DNA of 64,000 nucleotides from an uncultured bacterium. GTDB taxonomy: Bacteria; Deinococcota; Deinococci; Deinococcales; Trueperaceae. Positions 19,252 through 28,621 of this stretch are shown piece after piece. The stretch covers positions 22,417 to 86,416 of the forward strand of contig CAYYOK010000003.1 of NCBI GenBank assembly GCA_964473205.1, read 5' to 3'. Under the pieces are notes generated by a model, which saw only the letters and a list, made by a program, of their open reading frames with translations, was not told where the DNA came from and did no database searches. The stretch's first letter is position 1. The number at the start of each line of letters is the position of its first letter. Both the position numbers and the translations under genes were made by a program.

Positions 19252-20310
19252 CTAGAAGCCTGAGACGACGATCTGCTTCTCCAGCTCGGGAACCTCGCGG
19301 GTCTCCCAGCTCGCGTCATCCGTCTCGTACACGTTGCAAACACGGGCGCCCGTGTTGACGATCGGCAGCAGCGAAGTCCGAACGATGATCCCGTTGGCCG
19401 GCGCGATCAGCTCTTCTACGACGTCGTCGTAGAAGTCACGGATCTCGGCCAGCAGCTGACCCTTGCGAACGTAGTCGCCAGTCTTCACCTTCAGGTGCGA
19501 CATGCCGCCCTTGGTCGCCGTGACCTCGTAGCGCTTGGTGATGTCGACCTGCATGGCGGGCAGCTCGGGCTCGCCGGGGAGCACGCCGATGGCCTTCAGG
19601 TAGTTGTAGGTTGCGCGGAGCATCATCTCCGGGAACGGGTAGAGGTTGCGCCAGCCCTCACCGGCTTCGATGGCGATCGCTGGGATCCCGCGAGAGCAAA
19701 AGATTCCGGTAGGACCGCCTCTGCGGCCCTTGCGCGTCCAGCGGTGGATGATCTCGTAGCCGCACGCCTTGCCGAGCTCGACGCGACGACGCTCCAGGTC
19801 CTCCGACAGGTCACCGGGCGAGGTGAGCATCGCCCTGGGGTAGTTGATGCTGTCGAGGTGAGTGGCATGGATATCTAGCGCGTGGTCGATGTCCTTGGCG
19901 ATGCAGTCCACTACGGCCCACAGGATGCGCGTGGAGAGGACGCCGTCCTTCTCCGGCTGCGCACCGCCGATGTCGACGACCGTCGGCGCGTCGAGCGGGT
20001 AGAGGCGGTGGCGGTGCACGTAGGCCGGCACATTGATGAGTGGAAGGGCGATGACCGTGCCCGTCATCTGCTCGGGGTCGAGCTCCCGGGCGAGACGCTT
20101 CACGGTGTCCATGCCCGCAGGCTCCTCGCCGTGGACTCCGGATCCCACGAACGCCACGGGGCCGTCACTGCGGCCCTTGATCACGGTGACTGCGAGCTCG
20201 ACCGGCGCGCCGCTCGAGAACTCGCCGACCTTGATGGCGTAACGCTGTTTCGAGCCTCTTGCGACGCTGCCTAGGTCGAAGTCCTCGGGGTTGATTCGGA
20301 GTACCTGCAC
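19252..20310 (-). CDS. succinylglutamate desuccinylase/aspartoacylase (AstE/AspA, M14-like) family deacylase
   Basis: 352 aa. Zn-site region VAFVGSGVHGEEPAG and a C-terminal lipoyl-like hybrid barrel (KVKTGDYVRKGQLLAEI) typical of this family. Confidence 0.75.
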   Translation of the reverse strand: MQVLRINPEDFDLGSVARGSKQRYAIKVGEFSSGAPVELAVTVIKGRSDGPVAFVGSGVHGEEPAGMDTVKRLARELDPEQMTGTVIALPLINVPAYVHRHRLYPLDAPTVVDIGGAQPEKDGVLSTRILWAVVDCIAKDIDHALDIHATHLDSINYPRAMLTSPGDLSEDLERRRVELGKACGYEIIHRWTRKGRRGGPTGIFCSRGIPAIAIEAGEGWRNLYPFPEMMLRATYNYLKAIGVLPGEPELPAMQVDITKRYEVTATKGGMSHLKVKTGDYVRKGQLLAEIRDFYDDVVEELIAPANGIIVRTSLLPIVNTGARVCNVYETDDASWETREVPELEKQIVVSGF

Positions 20311-20344
20311 GCTCGTGCTCCCTTCAGATTGCGATCTGGAGTTC

Positions 20345-20360
20345 GTATACCGCTGTATAC
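20345..20360. promoter_or_regulatory. operator-like repeat, site B (AstE-family gene promoter)
   Basis: GTATAC cgct GTATAC, 35-50 bp upstream of start 20310 (minus strand). Confidence 0.6.
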
Positions 20361-20430
20361 GGCTTTGGCTACTTTAACCAATGCCTCCATCGTCGTCAAC
20401 TGGCTCACTCGAGCCTAGTACGGCAGGTAA

Positions 20431-20456
20431 GTGTACATCCGTGTACAGTCGTGTGC
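20431..20456. promoter_or_regulatory. operator-like repeat, site C (SBP-1 promoter)
   Basis: GTGTAC atcc GTGTAC agtc GTGTGC: three hexamers with a 10-bp period, 58-83 bp upstream of GTG 20514. Confidence 0.55.
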
Positions 20457-20513
20457 TATCTTCAGCCGGTAAACCATTGCGAGTCGAATGAGTCGTTTTC
20501 GAGGAGGCTAGAC

Positions 20514-22085
20514 GTGTCTAGGTATCGGACCCATCCCCCTAAGCTCCGCTCGCTACTGCTTCTCGTGCTAGCCCTCGGACTCCTCCAAGGCGCCATGGCG
20601 CAAAGCGCAGGATCGCCGCTCGAGAACCGCCCGGAGATCCGCGCCCGGCTTCAGTTCGCGCGCGTAGGCGGAGTGTTCGATCCGGCCTACTGGCTGTACA
20701 CCTCGGATTGGTTCGTGTATCCCAACCTGTTCAACTGGTTGGTGCGGTGGGTACCCGGGTCAGGCGGCTACCAAGTAGAGCCCGATCTGGCCGAAAGCTG
20801 GACAGTGAGCGAAGACGGGCGCACCTACACGTTCTACCTGCGAAGGGGTGTGCAGTTCCATCGAGGCTACGGTGAGCTGACCGCGGAGGATGTCGTGTTC
20901 AGCTATACGAGGCAGATGGAAGACGATACGGCTTCCTTCAATTCCAACCTATCCGAGGTTGCGTCGATAGTCGCAATCGATGACTACACTGTCGAGCTCA
21001 CCCTTGAGGAGCCCAATGCAGCGTTCATGGCAGCGGTAGTCGCCTGGAGGCCCGGGCTCATAGTCTCGAAGAGGGCTGTGGAGGAGTTAGGCGCCGAGTT
21101 TCGCGCCCGGCCGATCGGCACGGGCCCGTTCTACCTAGAGGAGATCACCGCGACCGAAGAGGTCGTTCTCCTCTCGCACGACGACTACTTCCGCGGCGCG
21201 CCACAGATCAGCAAACTGACCTTCGTTCACGTGGGAGAAGAGAGCATCGCCCTTGCCGCTCTGCGAAGCGGCGAGCTCGACATCATCTGGTCGCGAGGCA
21301 ACCCGGAGATCGCGGCGGCGCTCCTCCAGGATCCGAACATCACTGCCGAGCGGATCGTCAGGTTCGACTCGATTCAACAGGTCATGTTCAGCCCCAACTT
21401 CGAGATCACTCAGGATGTCCTGGTGCGCCGCGCTCTGGCTCACGCCATCGACACCGAAGCCATCGGCGCGGCGTTCGCGGGCTTGGACGAACCTACACGA
21501 GTGTTGCTAGGCCAGGATCCGGTCGGTGAAGTACCCATGTACGAATACGACCCCCAGTTGGCGCGCGCGCTTTTGGCCGAAGCGGGTTACCCCAACGGCT
21601 TTCCCGTCTCGATGATGTTCCAAACGCGCGAGCCAGAAGCCACGCTCGCGGCGATCGTGGCCGCGAACTGGCAGGAGATCGGTCTGGACGTTCGGATGGA
21701 AGGCATGGATGCGACCTCGACTTTCGATCGCCGGAACAGCTTCGATTTCGAGGTCACCATCAGCTCTGTCGGTCGCCCCGCCGATCTCGATCTGCTTCTC
21801 TCCGATCTGTTCCTCTCTACGTCATTACCTCCCGGAGGCCAGAACTACTTCCGCTACGCCGTCGACGAGGTAGACGACCTACTCTTGGCAGCGCGCCGCA
21901 CGACCGACCCCGACGCGAGAAACGAGCTCTACCACCAAGTCCACGTCAGGGTCATGACGGATCTGCCGATCATACCCCTCTCGTATCAGGTGTTCATGGC
22001 CGCTTGGCGAGACCCGGTCGTAACCATGGAAACCGGGCGCAACAACAACTTCTGGGGCGAGACGATCGAGATCGTTGACCGATGA
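20514..22085 (+). CDS. ABC transporter substrate-binding protein, family 5 (SBP-1)
   Basis: GTG 20514 lies 6 nt after GAGGAGG. Sec signal ...LLQGAMAQ. The family-5 core shared with the eight paralogues includes LVRWVPGSGG..EPDLAESW, TYTFYLRRGVQFHRGYGELTAEDVVFS and PIGTGPF. Confidence 0.85.
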   Translation: MSRYRTHPPKLRSLLLLVLALGLLQGAMAQSAGSPLENRPEIRARLQFARVGGVFDPAYWLYTSDWFVYPNLFNWLVRWVPGSGGYQVEPDLAESWTVSEDGRTYTFYLRRGVQFHRGYGELTAEDVVFSYTRQMEDDTASFNSNLSEVASIVAIDDYTVELTLEEPNAAFMAAVVAWRPGLIVSKRAVEELGAEFRARPIGTGPFYLEEITATEEVVLLSHDDYFRGAPQISKLTFVHVGEESIALAALRSGELDIIWSRGNPEIAAALLQDPNITAERIVRFDSIQQVMFSPNFEITQDVLVRRALAHAIDTEAIGAAFAGLDEPTRVLLGQDPVGEVPMYEYDPQLARALLAEAGYPNGFPVSMMFQTREPEATLAAIVAANWQEIGLDVRMEGMDATSTFDRRNSFDFEVTISSVGRPADLDLLLSDLFLSTSLPPGGQNYFRYAVDEVDDLLLAARRTTDPDARNELYHQVHVRVMTDLPIIPLSYQVFMAAWRDPVVTMETGRNNNFWGETIEIVDR

Positions 22086-22146
22086 CCGAGCACTGTTCGC
22101 TTGGCGTTCAGCGAGTTAGTCAGGCGCTCGGTTGAGGAGAGAGACG

Positions 22147-22827
22147 ATGTTTGGTTGGGAGACGTTCCTGACGGAACGCGACAAGCTGCTGCATGAGGCC
22201 AAGCCGCGCATGGGTACGACCGTGTTCGGGAGCCGTCCGGCTCTAGTCCTGGTCGACTTCTACTACGCTTCGGTAGGACTAGAGAGGTTGCCTCTCTTTG
22301 AGGCGATCAAGCGATGGCCGGCGAGTTGCGGCCTGGAAGGTTGGGCAGCGATCGATCGAACGGCCGAGCTCTTGGCCGTCGCGCGGCGTCATCGGATTCC
22401 CGTGATACACGTGTGCCGATTGACAGGGTTTCCGTCGTGGAACTCGCGTCGCAGCAGGGTGATCGGGTCGGATCCTGTGCCTCGCGAAGACTCGAACCTT
22501 GAGGAGATCGTCGCGGAGGTCGGCCCAGAGCCGGGGGAGCTCGTGGTTCGCAAGGCCGCACCGAGCGCCTTCCAGGGCACGCCCTTGGCCTTCGAGCTCG
22601 TAAGCCGAGGGGTCGATACGATCATCGTCTGTGGCGAGTCGACGAGCGGATGCATCCGAGCAACGGTCGTAGATGGATGCACCAGTGGGTTCCGCGTCGG
22701 TGTCGTCGCCGAGTGCTGTTATGACAGAACAGAAGCCTCTCACTACATGAACTTGTTCGATATGAACGAGAAATACGCCAATGTTATACATCTAGAGGAG
22801 GCAATCACATACTTTGAAGGACAGTAG
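22147..22827 (+). CDS. isochorismatase-family (cysteine) hydrolase, copy 1
   Basis: D-K-C triad context: PALVLVDFYYA, VRKAAPSAF, IIVCGESTSGCIRATVVD. ATG preceded by GAGGAGAGAG. Confidence 0.8.
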   Translation: MFGWETFLTERDKLLHEAKPRMGTTVFGSRPALVLVDFYYASVGLERLPLFEAIKRWPASCGLEGWAAIDRTAELLAVARRHRIPVIHVCRLTGFPSWNSRRSRVIGSDPVPREDSNLEEIVAEVGPEPGELVVRKAAPSAFQGTPLAFELVSRGVDTIIVCGESTSGCIRATVVDGCTSGFRVGVVAECCYDRTEASHYMNLFDMNEKYANVIHLEEAITYFEGQ

Positions 22828-22903
22828 TCATACCAAGTTCGACTACGTGACGACCAATCCGTACGCCCTCGACCGAACCATGCGCCGAAGGAAGTGAGCA
22901 GAC

Positions 22904-24019
22904 ATGGCCCTCCTGCTTGACAGCAACGACATCGAACCGCTACTCACGGCGAAGCTGTGTATCGACGCATTAGACGACGCTTTCCGCGACTATGGCATGG
23001 GCAAAGCGACCACGGCGATTGGGCGAGAGGTCATCCTTACCCGATTGCCGGACAAGGAGGTTCCGGCCGCGGGAGCCCGTAAAGGGCACGCCTACCATGG
23101 GCTCGAGGTTCAGAGCGGATCCGTACCGAGGTATCAGGTCGCCTGTCTGAGGGTTAAGTCTGACATCCTCTATTGGCCAGAGGTTGATGGCGATTACCGC
23201 CGAAAGAAGTATCCCGGAGCCCCAGGCGGGCTCTTCTGCGGCTTCGTGATCTTGTTCGACAACGATACTGGGGCTCCGGTTGCACTCATGCCCGACGGAC
23301 TCATTCAGCGCTTGCGAGTTGGAGCCACCTCCGCGCTGGGAGCCCGCTACATGGCCCCGGAGGACGCCGAAGTGGCCGCAGTTATCGGGTCGGGGAATCA
23401 GGGTGAGTCGCAAGCCATTGCCCTGGCAGAAGTCAGGCCAAACTTGAAGGAAATTCGCATATTCAGCCCTACCAAGAAGAACCGCGAGGACTTAGCAGCG
23501 CGGTTGGACGAGCAGTTGCCGATGAAGGTAGTTCCAGCCGAGTCGGCCCAAGAGGCGGTCAGCGGCGCGCAAATCGTTCACGCCGGGACCAACTCGAGGG
23601 CGCCAGTTGTCAAGGCAGATTGGCTCGACCAGGGCACGCACGTGAGCGTGATCAGCGTCCAGGAGATAGGTGAGGAGATCCTAGGGCGGTCGAACCGCGT
23701 CGGCACCTCCAGACGGTACTCGCCCAAGCAGTCCCACACCGCTATCGCAGACGGTTTTGCGGAAGACGTGCACGAAGACGAGTTCGGCTCTGGCTGGTGG
23801 CACAATCAGGCGCATTGGGACCGGATGGTCACATTGGGCGACATGATGAACGGAAACGCGGTCGGACGGGCCTCAAAGGACGAGAACACGACCTTCATCA
23901 CGAAAGGGGCCGCCATGCAGTTCGCGGCGGTGGGGGCCAAGCTGGCAGAGGAAGCGCGCCGAACAGGGGTCGGAAGAGAGATACCGACCGAGTGGTTCCT
24001 GCAGCCGTACCAGCCCTGA
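22904..24019 (+). CDS. ornithine cyclodeaminase/mu-crystallin family protein, copy 1
   Basis: 371 aa. RVGATSALGARYMA and the Rossmann motif AVIGSGNQGESQ. Paralogue of 26097..27203; both end in WFLQPYQP. Confidence 0.8.
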   Translation: MALLLDSNDIEPLLTAKLCIDALDDAFRDYGMGKATTAIGREVILTRLPDKEVPAAGARKGHAYHGLEVQSGSVPRYQVACLRVKSDILYWPEVDGDYRRKKYPGAPGGLFCGFVILFDNDTGAPVALMPDGLIQRLRVGATSALGARYMAPEDAEVAAVIGSGNQGESQAIALAEVRPNLKEIRIFSPTKKNREDLAARLDEQLPMKVVPAESAQEAVSGAQIVHAGTNSRAPVVKADWLDQGTHVSVISVQEIGEEILGRSNRVGTSRRYSPKQSHTAIADGFAEDVHEDEFGSGWWHNQAHWDRMVTLGDMMNGNAVGRASKDENTTFITKGAAMQFAAVGAKLAEEARRTGVGREIPTEWFLQPYQP

Positions 24020-24102
24020 TAGCGCGAGCGAGCAGCCGGTCGTAGTACGGACGGCCCGAGGGTCTGTGCTACACCCCTTGCGCGCGACGAACAGGCAGAC
24101 GA

Positions 24103-24138
24103 ACACGTGCCGGCGGAACCATCTCCGCCGGCACGTGT
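24103..24138. terminator. perfect 15-bp stem / 6-nt loop hairpin between convergent genes
   Basis: ACACGTGCCGGCGGA accatc TCCGCCGGCACGTGT. Lies between the OCD-1 stop (24019) and the SBP-2 stop (24212). No flanking U-tract on either strand. Confidence 0.6.
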
Positions 24139-24211
24139 CGGTCTGGTCATGTCGCGGGCGCAGTCGAGACTAGGACTGCTCGCGGTTCCGAGGTCTACGC
24201 CTGCTCGGCTC

Positions 24212-25783
24212 TCACTCCTCAAGCTCTAGGCTGAAGCCGTGAAAATCGTTCGTGGCTCCGTTCGTGACCCCGGCGATCGGGGACCGCCACGCGACGACGA
24301 TCTGTGAGTAAGTAAGAGGAAGGACGGAAAGATCCTCCATGATCCTCTGCTGGATGTCGTGCACGACGCTCCTGCGCTCCTCGGTATCGAGCGTGCTGCG
24401 AGCGAGTGCGATCAGGTCGTCTACCGCCGAGTAGTAACCGATGTTCGAGCCTGGCGGGTAGTTCGACGAGTGGAAAGCGTCTTGGAAGACGATGATGGGC
24501 TCGAGCGGCCTTCCCAAGCCTACTAGCGTCACCTGGTAGTCGCCGGTGTTGCGCTGGCTCGTGTACGCGGTGTGCTCTCTGGCATCCCGTACGACGTCGA
24601 TTCCTACGCTTCTCCACTGTTCGACGATTATGTCCGCGAGCAGTGGGAATGGGCTGTCCAGCGAGTAAAGGAACTCGATCCTCAGGCCAGGGAATCCGGC
24701 TTCGGCGAGTAGGGCTCTGGCTCCCTCCGGGTCGTAGGTCACGGTTGGAACGTCAGGGTTCACCCAGTTGCCGTACTGAGGGTTGAGTGGGCCCGTGGCG
24801 GCGGCTTCCATGCCACCTGTCGCCGCCTCGATGAGGTCCCGGTCGATGGCCATGGCCAGCGCACGCCTGACACGGAGGTCGGCCAGCGGCGGATAGTTGG
24901 GGTTGAAGCCGATGAAACGCGTGGTAGAGGTCAGTACCTCTTCCGTAACGAGATCTGGATTCGCCCTGAGCGAGCTCGCGACCTCGGCGTTGCCCCTCGT
25001 CCAGATGAGATCTATCTCGCCGACCTCGAGCGCGTTGGCAGCCACCGTCTCCTCGGTTATGGGGATGAACGTTATGCTGGCCGCGCTAGGCCGCCCTTTG
25101 AAGTAGTCGTCGAAAGCTTCGACGATAACCTCGTCTGAAGCGGTCCTCCGCACGAACTGGAACGGCCCGGTCCCGATCGGGTTCTGAGCGAACGCTTGGC
25201 TACCTAGCTCTTCGAAAGCAGCGGCCGAGATGATGAACCCGTACCTATGCGCCAGCTCTGAGGAGAGGAACGTGGCGTTCACTTCCGACATTACGATCTC
25301 GATCGTGTAGCGATCGACTGCCACGATGTCCTCGACGGCGGCCCACCCAGCGGCCGCTCCCGAGCCCGTCGCCGGATCCCTCAGCCTGTCGTAGCTGAAC
25401 TTGACGTCCTCGGCTGTCAGCTCCCCGTAGCCGCCATGGAACATGACCCCTTGCCTCAGGTGAAACGTGTACCTCAGGCCGTCGTCGCTGACCGACCAAG
25501 CCTCCGCTAAGTCGTTCTCGAGCTCTTCCGTGCCGGGTCGGAACCCTATCAGCCGATTGTAGATGTTGGAGGCTACGAACTCGTCTGGGGCCCTCGCGAG
25601 AAAGGCAGGATCCCAGTGCCCCGGCCCAGAGAACTGCATCCTGACCCTGATGTCCGGTCGTGCCGGATCCTGGGCGGCGACGAATGAAGGTACGAGAAGC
25701 AGCAGGATGAACACGAGACACTTGCGAGCTGGTCTTGGGATGAGGGTATGACGCGCGGTGGCATGGCGGTCTAGCAGAGCCAT
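24212..25783 (-). CDS. ABC transporter substrate-binding protein, family 5 (SBP-2)
   Basis: 523 aa. GGGAGG RBS, signal ...PSFVAAQ. Closest by eye to SBP-3 (RPDIRVRMQFSGPGHWDPAF... versus RPDLRIRLQFSGPGQWDPAF...). Confidence 0.85.
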   Translation of the reverse strand: MALLDRHATARHTLIPRPARKCLVFILLLLVPSFVAAQDPARPDIRVRMQFSGPGHWDPAFLARAPDEFVASNIYNRLIGFRPGTEELENDLAEAWSVSDDGLRYTFHLRQGVMFHGGYGELTAEDVKFSYDRLRDPATGSGAAAGWAAVEDIVAVDRYTIEIVMSEVNATFLSSELAHRYGFIISAAAFEELGSQAFAQNPIGTGPFQFVRRTASDEVIVEAFDDYFKGRPSAASITFIPITEETVAANALEVGEIDLIWTRGNAEVASSLRANPDLVTEEVLTSTTRFIGFNPNYPPLADLRVRRALAMAIDRDLIEAATGGMEAAATGPLNPQYGNWVNPDVPTVTYDPEGARALLAEAGFPGLRIEFLYSLDSPFPLLADIIVEQWRSVGIDVVRDAREHTAYTSQRNTGDYQVTLVGLGRPLEPIIVFQDAFHSSNYPPGSNIGYYSAVDDLIALARSTLDTEERRSVVHDIQQRIMEDLSVLPLTYSQIVVAWRSPIAGVTNGATNDFHGFSLELEE

Positions 25784-25858
25784 TCTGACCTCCCTCGAGC
25801 GGCCGCTTGACGTGTGTCAGCGCCGTCAAACCGGCACCGATCGCTCGCAATCCGGCTC

Positions 25859-25874
25859 GTATACAACCGTATAC
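25859..25874. promoter_or_regulatory. operator-like repeat, site D (SBP-2 promoter)
   Basis: GTATAC aacc GTATAC, 76-91 bp upstream of ATG 25783 (minus strand). Confidence 0.6.
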
Positions 25875-25989
25875 GTTGGTTCAACGCAGAGAGTACAGGA
25901 GTCGACAAAGTCTGTCAAGAATAGGCAGGGGCGGCGATCGGGCGGCCCTTGCAATGCCGTCGCGGTCGAACGCGCGCTGCCACGGCGGG

Positions 25990-26018
25990 TTGACAACTCA
26001 ACGGTCGGTCATTAGATT
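25990..26018 (+). promoter_or_regulatory. sigma70-like promoter TTGACA-N17-TAGATT for the OCD-2 operon
   Basis: TTGACA at 25990..25995, a 17-nt spacer, then TAGATT at 26013..26018, about 80 bp upstream of ATG 26097. The operator-like repeat at 26036..26051 falls just downstream of the implied start site. Confidence 0.5.
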
Positions 26019-26035
26019 GAGACCCACACACGAAG

Positions 26036-26051
26036 ATATACGGTCGTATAC
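26036..26051. promoter_or_regulatory. operator-like repeat, site E (OCD-2 operon leader)
   Basis: ATATAC ggtc GTATAC, 46-61 bp upstream of ATG 26097 and just downstream of the TTGACA-N17-TAGATT promoter. Confidence 0.6.
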
Positions 26052-26096
26052 AGTCATTGAGGCCGACTCGGACACTTGATGAGAGGCAGGAATCGA

Positions 26097-27203
26097 ATGG
26101 CACTGTTGCTGGACAGCGATGAGATCGAGCAGATACTGACTCCACAACTTTGCATCGAAGCTCTTGAGCCTGTGTTCGGCGATATGGGGAAGGGTCAAGC
26201 CGTCAACATGCTTGGGCGTGAGGTCGTGCTCGCCCGAATACGCGAAAAGGATGTACCCGGGGCGCGTCCAGGGCACGCTTACCACGGGCTGGAAGTGCAA
26301 AGTGCCGCAGCTCCGCGCATCAAAACGGCGAGCCTCAGGGTCAAGTCAGACGTGCTGTTCTGGCCCGAAGTGAACGGCAGCTACAGGAGGAAGAAGTATC
26401 CGGCCGCCACAGGCGGGCTCTATTGTGGGTTCGTAATACTATTCGACACCGATACGGGCGAGCCCACTGCGCTCATGCCCGACGGCTTGATACAGCGGAT
26501 GCGCGTAGGCGCGACCTCTGCACTCGGGACCAAGTACATGGCTCGGCCGGACGCAAGCGTCGTAGCCATCATCGGCGCAGGCTGGCAGGCCGAGGCCCAG
26601 GTTCTGACGCTGGCCGAGGTGCGTAAGCTCAGCGAGGTACGCATTTTCAGCCCGACCCCTGCGTCACGAGAAGACCTGGCATCCCGTTTGAACGGAATGC
26701 TCGAGGCTGAGGTTCGGCCCGTGGCGACGGCCGAGGAAGCAGCTCGCGGCGCCGACATCGTGCACGCTGCGACCAACTCGCGATCACCGGTACTGAGCGC
26801 CGAATGGCTGTCGCCGGGCTCACATGTCAGCGTGATCAGCGTTCAGGAGATCGGCGAAGAGCTTCTCGGCAAGGCGACGACGGTGGGAACGTCCAGAAAC
26901 CACGGTCCCAAGCAATCGAACACCGCGATCGCCGACGGCTACGCCGAGGACGTGCACGAGGACGAGTTCACATCGGGCTGGTGGCACAACCGAGCCCATT
27001 GGGATCAGATGGTCTCGTTGGGAGACCTGATAAACGAGCGCTCTGTGGCTCGAAGATCCCCCGACGAGATCACCGCCTTCATCACCATGGGAGCCGCTGT
27101 TCAGTTCTCAGCCGTCGGCGCGGCGTTGATGAAAGCAGCCCGAGACGCTGGCATAGGTCGGGAGTTCCCAACTGACTGGTTCCTTCAGCCGTATCAACCG
27201 TAA
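26097..27203 (+). CDS. ornithine cyclodeaminase/mu-crystallin family protein, copy 2
   Basis: Start set at MALLLDSDEIEQIL by homology to copy 1 (MALLLDSNDIEPLL). Rossmann motif AIIGAGWQAEAQ. Confidence 0.8.
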   Translation: MALLLDSDEIEQILTPQLCIEALEPVFGDMGKGQAVNMLGREVVLARIREKDVPGARPGHAYHGLEVQSAAAPRIKTASLRVKSDVLFWPEVNGSYRRKKYPAATGGLYCGFVILFDTDTGEPTALMPDGLIQRMRVGATSALGTKYMARPDASVVAIIGAGWQAEAQVLTLAEVRKLSEVRIFSPTPASREDLASRLNGMLEAEVRPVATAEEAARGADIVHAATNSRSPVLSAEWLSPGSHVSVISVQEIGEELLGKATTVGTSRNHGPKQSNTAIADGYAEDVHEDEFTSGWWHNRAHWDQMVSLGDLINERSVARRSPDEITAFITMGAAVQFSAVGAALMKAARDAGIGREFPTDWFLQPYQP

Positions 27204-27210
27204 CGCGAGT

Positions 27211-28590
27211 ATGGACCGGCTGGAGATGCCTACAAAGACGTTAGCGACCTTCACATCGAGCCTGAGGCTGGAAGACGTTCCCGAGCGAAGTGTGGATCGA
27301 ATCAAGTGCATGCTGCTGGATCAGCAAGGCATCGCGCAGTTCGTGGCGCGCAACACGCCTTGGGGCAAAGCGGTCATCCGCTTTGCAGAGGCCCAAGCCG
27401 AGGGCAGCGCGAGCTCGCAGATTCTAGGGACCACCGTGAAGAGCTCTGCACCGATGGCGGCCCTCGCCAACGGCACTTTGGCGATGGGTTTCGAGTACGA
27501 AGACATGCATCAGCGCGGCGATGGTCACCCGTTCGCGATAGTAGGTCCAGCGGCGCTTGCTGCTGCCGAGTCGTGTGGCGCTTCAGGAGCGGACCTTCTT
27601 GCTGCTTTGATCGCCGGCTATGAGATAGGAGTGCGGGTCAGCTATGGCCTCGATCGCCGGCAAGCGCCGTGGCCCGAGAGAGGCCTGTACCCGATAACGA
27701 TCTTTGGAGTCCTTGGAGGAGCGGCGGCGGCGGCGCGTGCCCTCTCGTTGGATGCGACCGAGACCGCTCACGCACTCGGCATAGCGGGCTCACATGCCTT
27801 CGGAACGATGCAAGCGCACAAGGAAGGCACCATGACACGTCGTCTCCACGCTGGCAGGGCCGCTGAGATCGGAGTGACCGCAGCTCTACTCGCCCGCGAG
27901 GGATTCACCGGTCCGAACGAGATCCTAGAAGGGGAGTTCGGCATTTACGCCAGCTACGCAGAGGGCGAGAGTGACATGAACGCCATCACAGAATGGTTGG
28001 GGACTGACTGGGCTGCCGACGGCGTGTGGCTCAAGAACTACGCATGTAACGGCTTGTTCCAAGCTCCGCTCGATGCCTTCCTTGGCCTTCAAGACAAGCA
28101 CGGCTTCTCCCACGCCGATGTAAAGCGACTAGATACGAAGATCGCCAAAGCCACCCGCTTGCACGGCCGACCTTCGGCAGTTAGCTCCGTAAACGCTCAG
28201 TTCAGCCTTCATTACTGCATGGCACTGGCCCTGGTGAAGGGTCGTCCCCGGCCACATATGTTCTTAGAGGACGACTTACACGATGCAGAAGTAATTGCGG
28301 CCATGGACAAAGTAGACGTCAGCTTGTTGACCGAGCTGCGCGCCAAAGTGCCCGATTCCTCCAGACCTGGGCAGGTGGAAGTAATGCTTGCCGATGGTCG
28401 TGTATTGACCGAAGAGGTCGTCTACCCCAAGGGGCACCCAAAGAATCCCATGGGTTGGGAGGACGTCCGAGATAAGCATTCTGAGCTCGTGGAGGAGGGT
28501 GGTGATTCAGGCGTCGCGCGAACGAGCCGGATCGAACAACTGATCAGAGAGCTGGATGCCTGTGAAACCGTGCCGGTGTTGACCGCCTAA
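27211..28590 (+). CDS. MmgE/PrpD (2-methylcitrate dehydratase) family protein
   Basis: 459 aa. Family-typical N-terminus (LATFTSSLRLEDVPERSVDRIKCMLLDQQG) and a GHP.. segment (GDGHPFAIVGPAAL). Start ambiguous (27211 or 27226). Confidence 0.75.
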   Translation: MDRLEMPTKTLATFTSSLRLEDVPERSVDRIKCMLLDQQGIAQFVARNTPWGKAVIRFAEAQAEGSASSQILGTTVKSSAPMAALANGTLAMGFEYEDMHQRGDGHPFAIVGPAALAAAESCGASGADLLAALIAGYEIGVRVSYGLDRRQAPWPERGLYPITIFGVLGGAAAAARALSLDATETAHALGIAGSHAFGTMQAHKEGTMTRRLHAGRAAEIGVTAALLAREGFTGPNEILEGEFGIYASYAEGESDMNAITEWLGTDWAADGVWLKNYACNGLFQAPLDAFLGLQDKHGFSHADVKRLDTKIAKATRLHGRPSAVSSVNAQFSLHYCMALALVKGRPRPHMFLEDDLHDAEVIAAMDKVDVSLLTELRAKVPDSSRPGQVEVMLADGRVLTEEVVYPKGHPKNPMGWEDVRDKHSELVEEGGDSGVARTSRIEQLIRELDACETVPVLTA

Positions 28591-28621
28591 GAGTGGCTGC
28601 CGGTCACGTTCGGAGGCCCAG

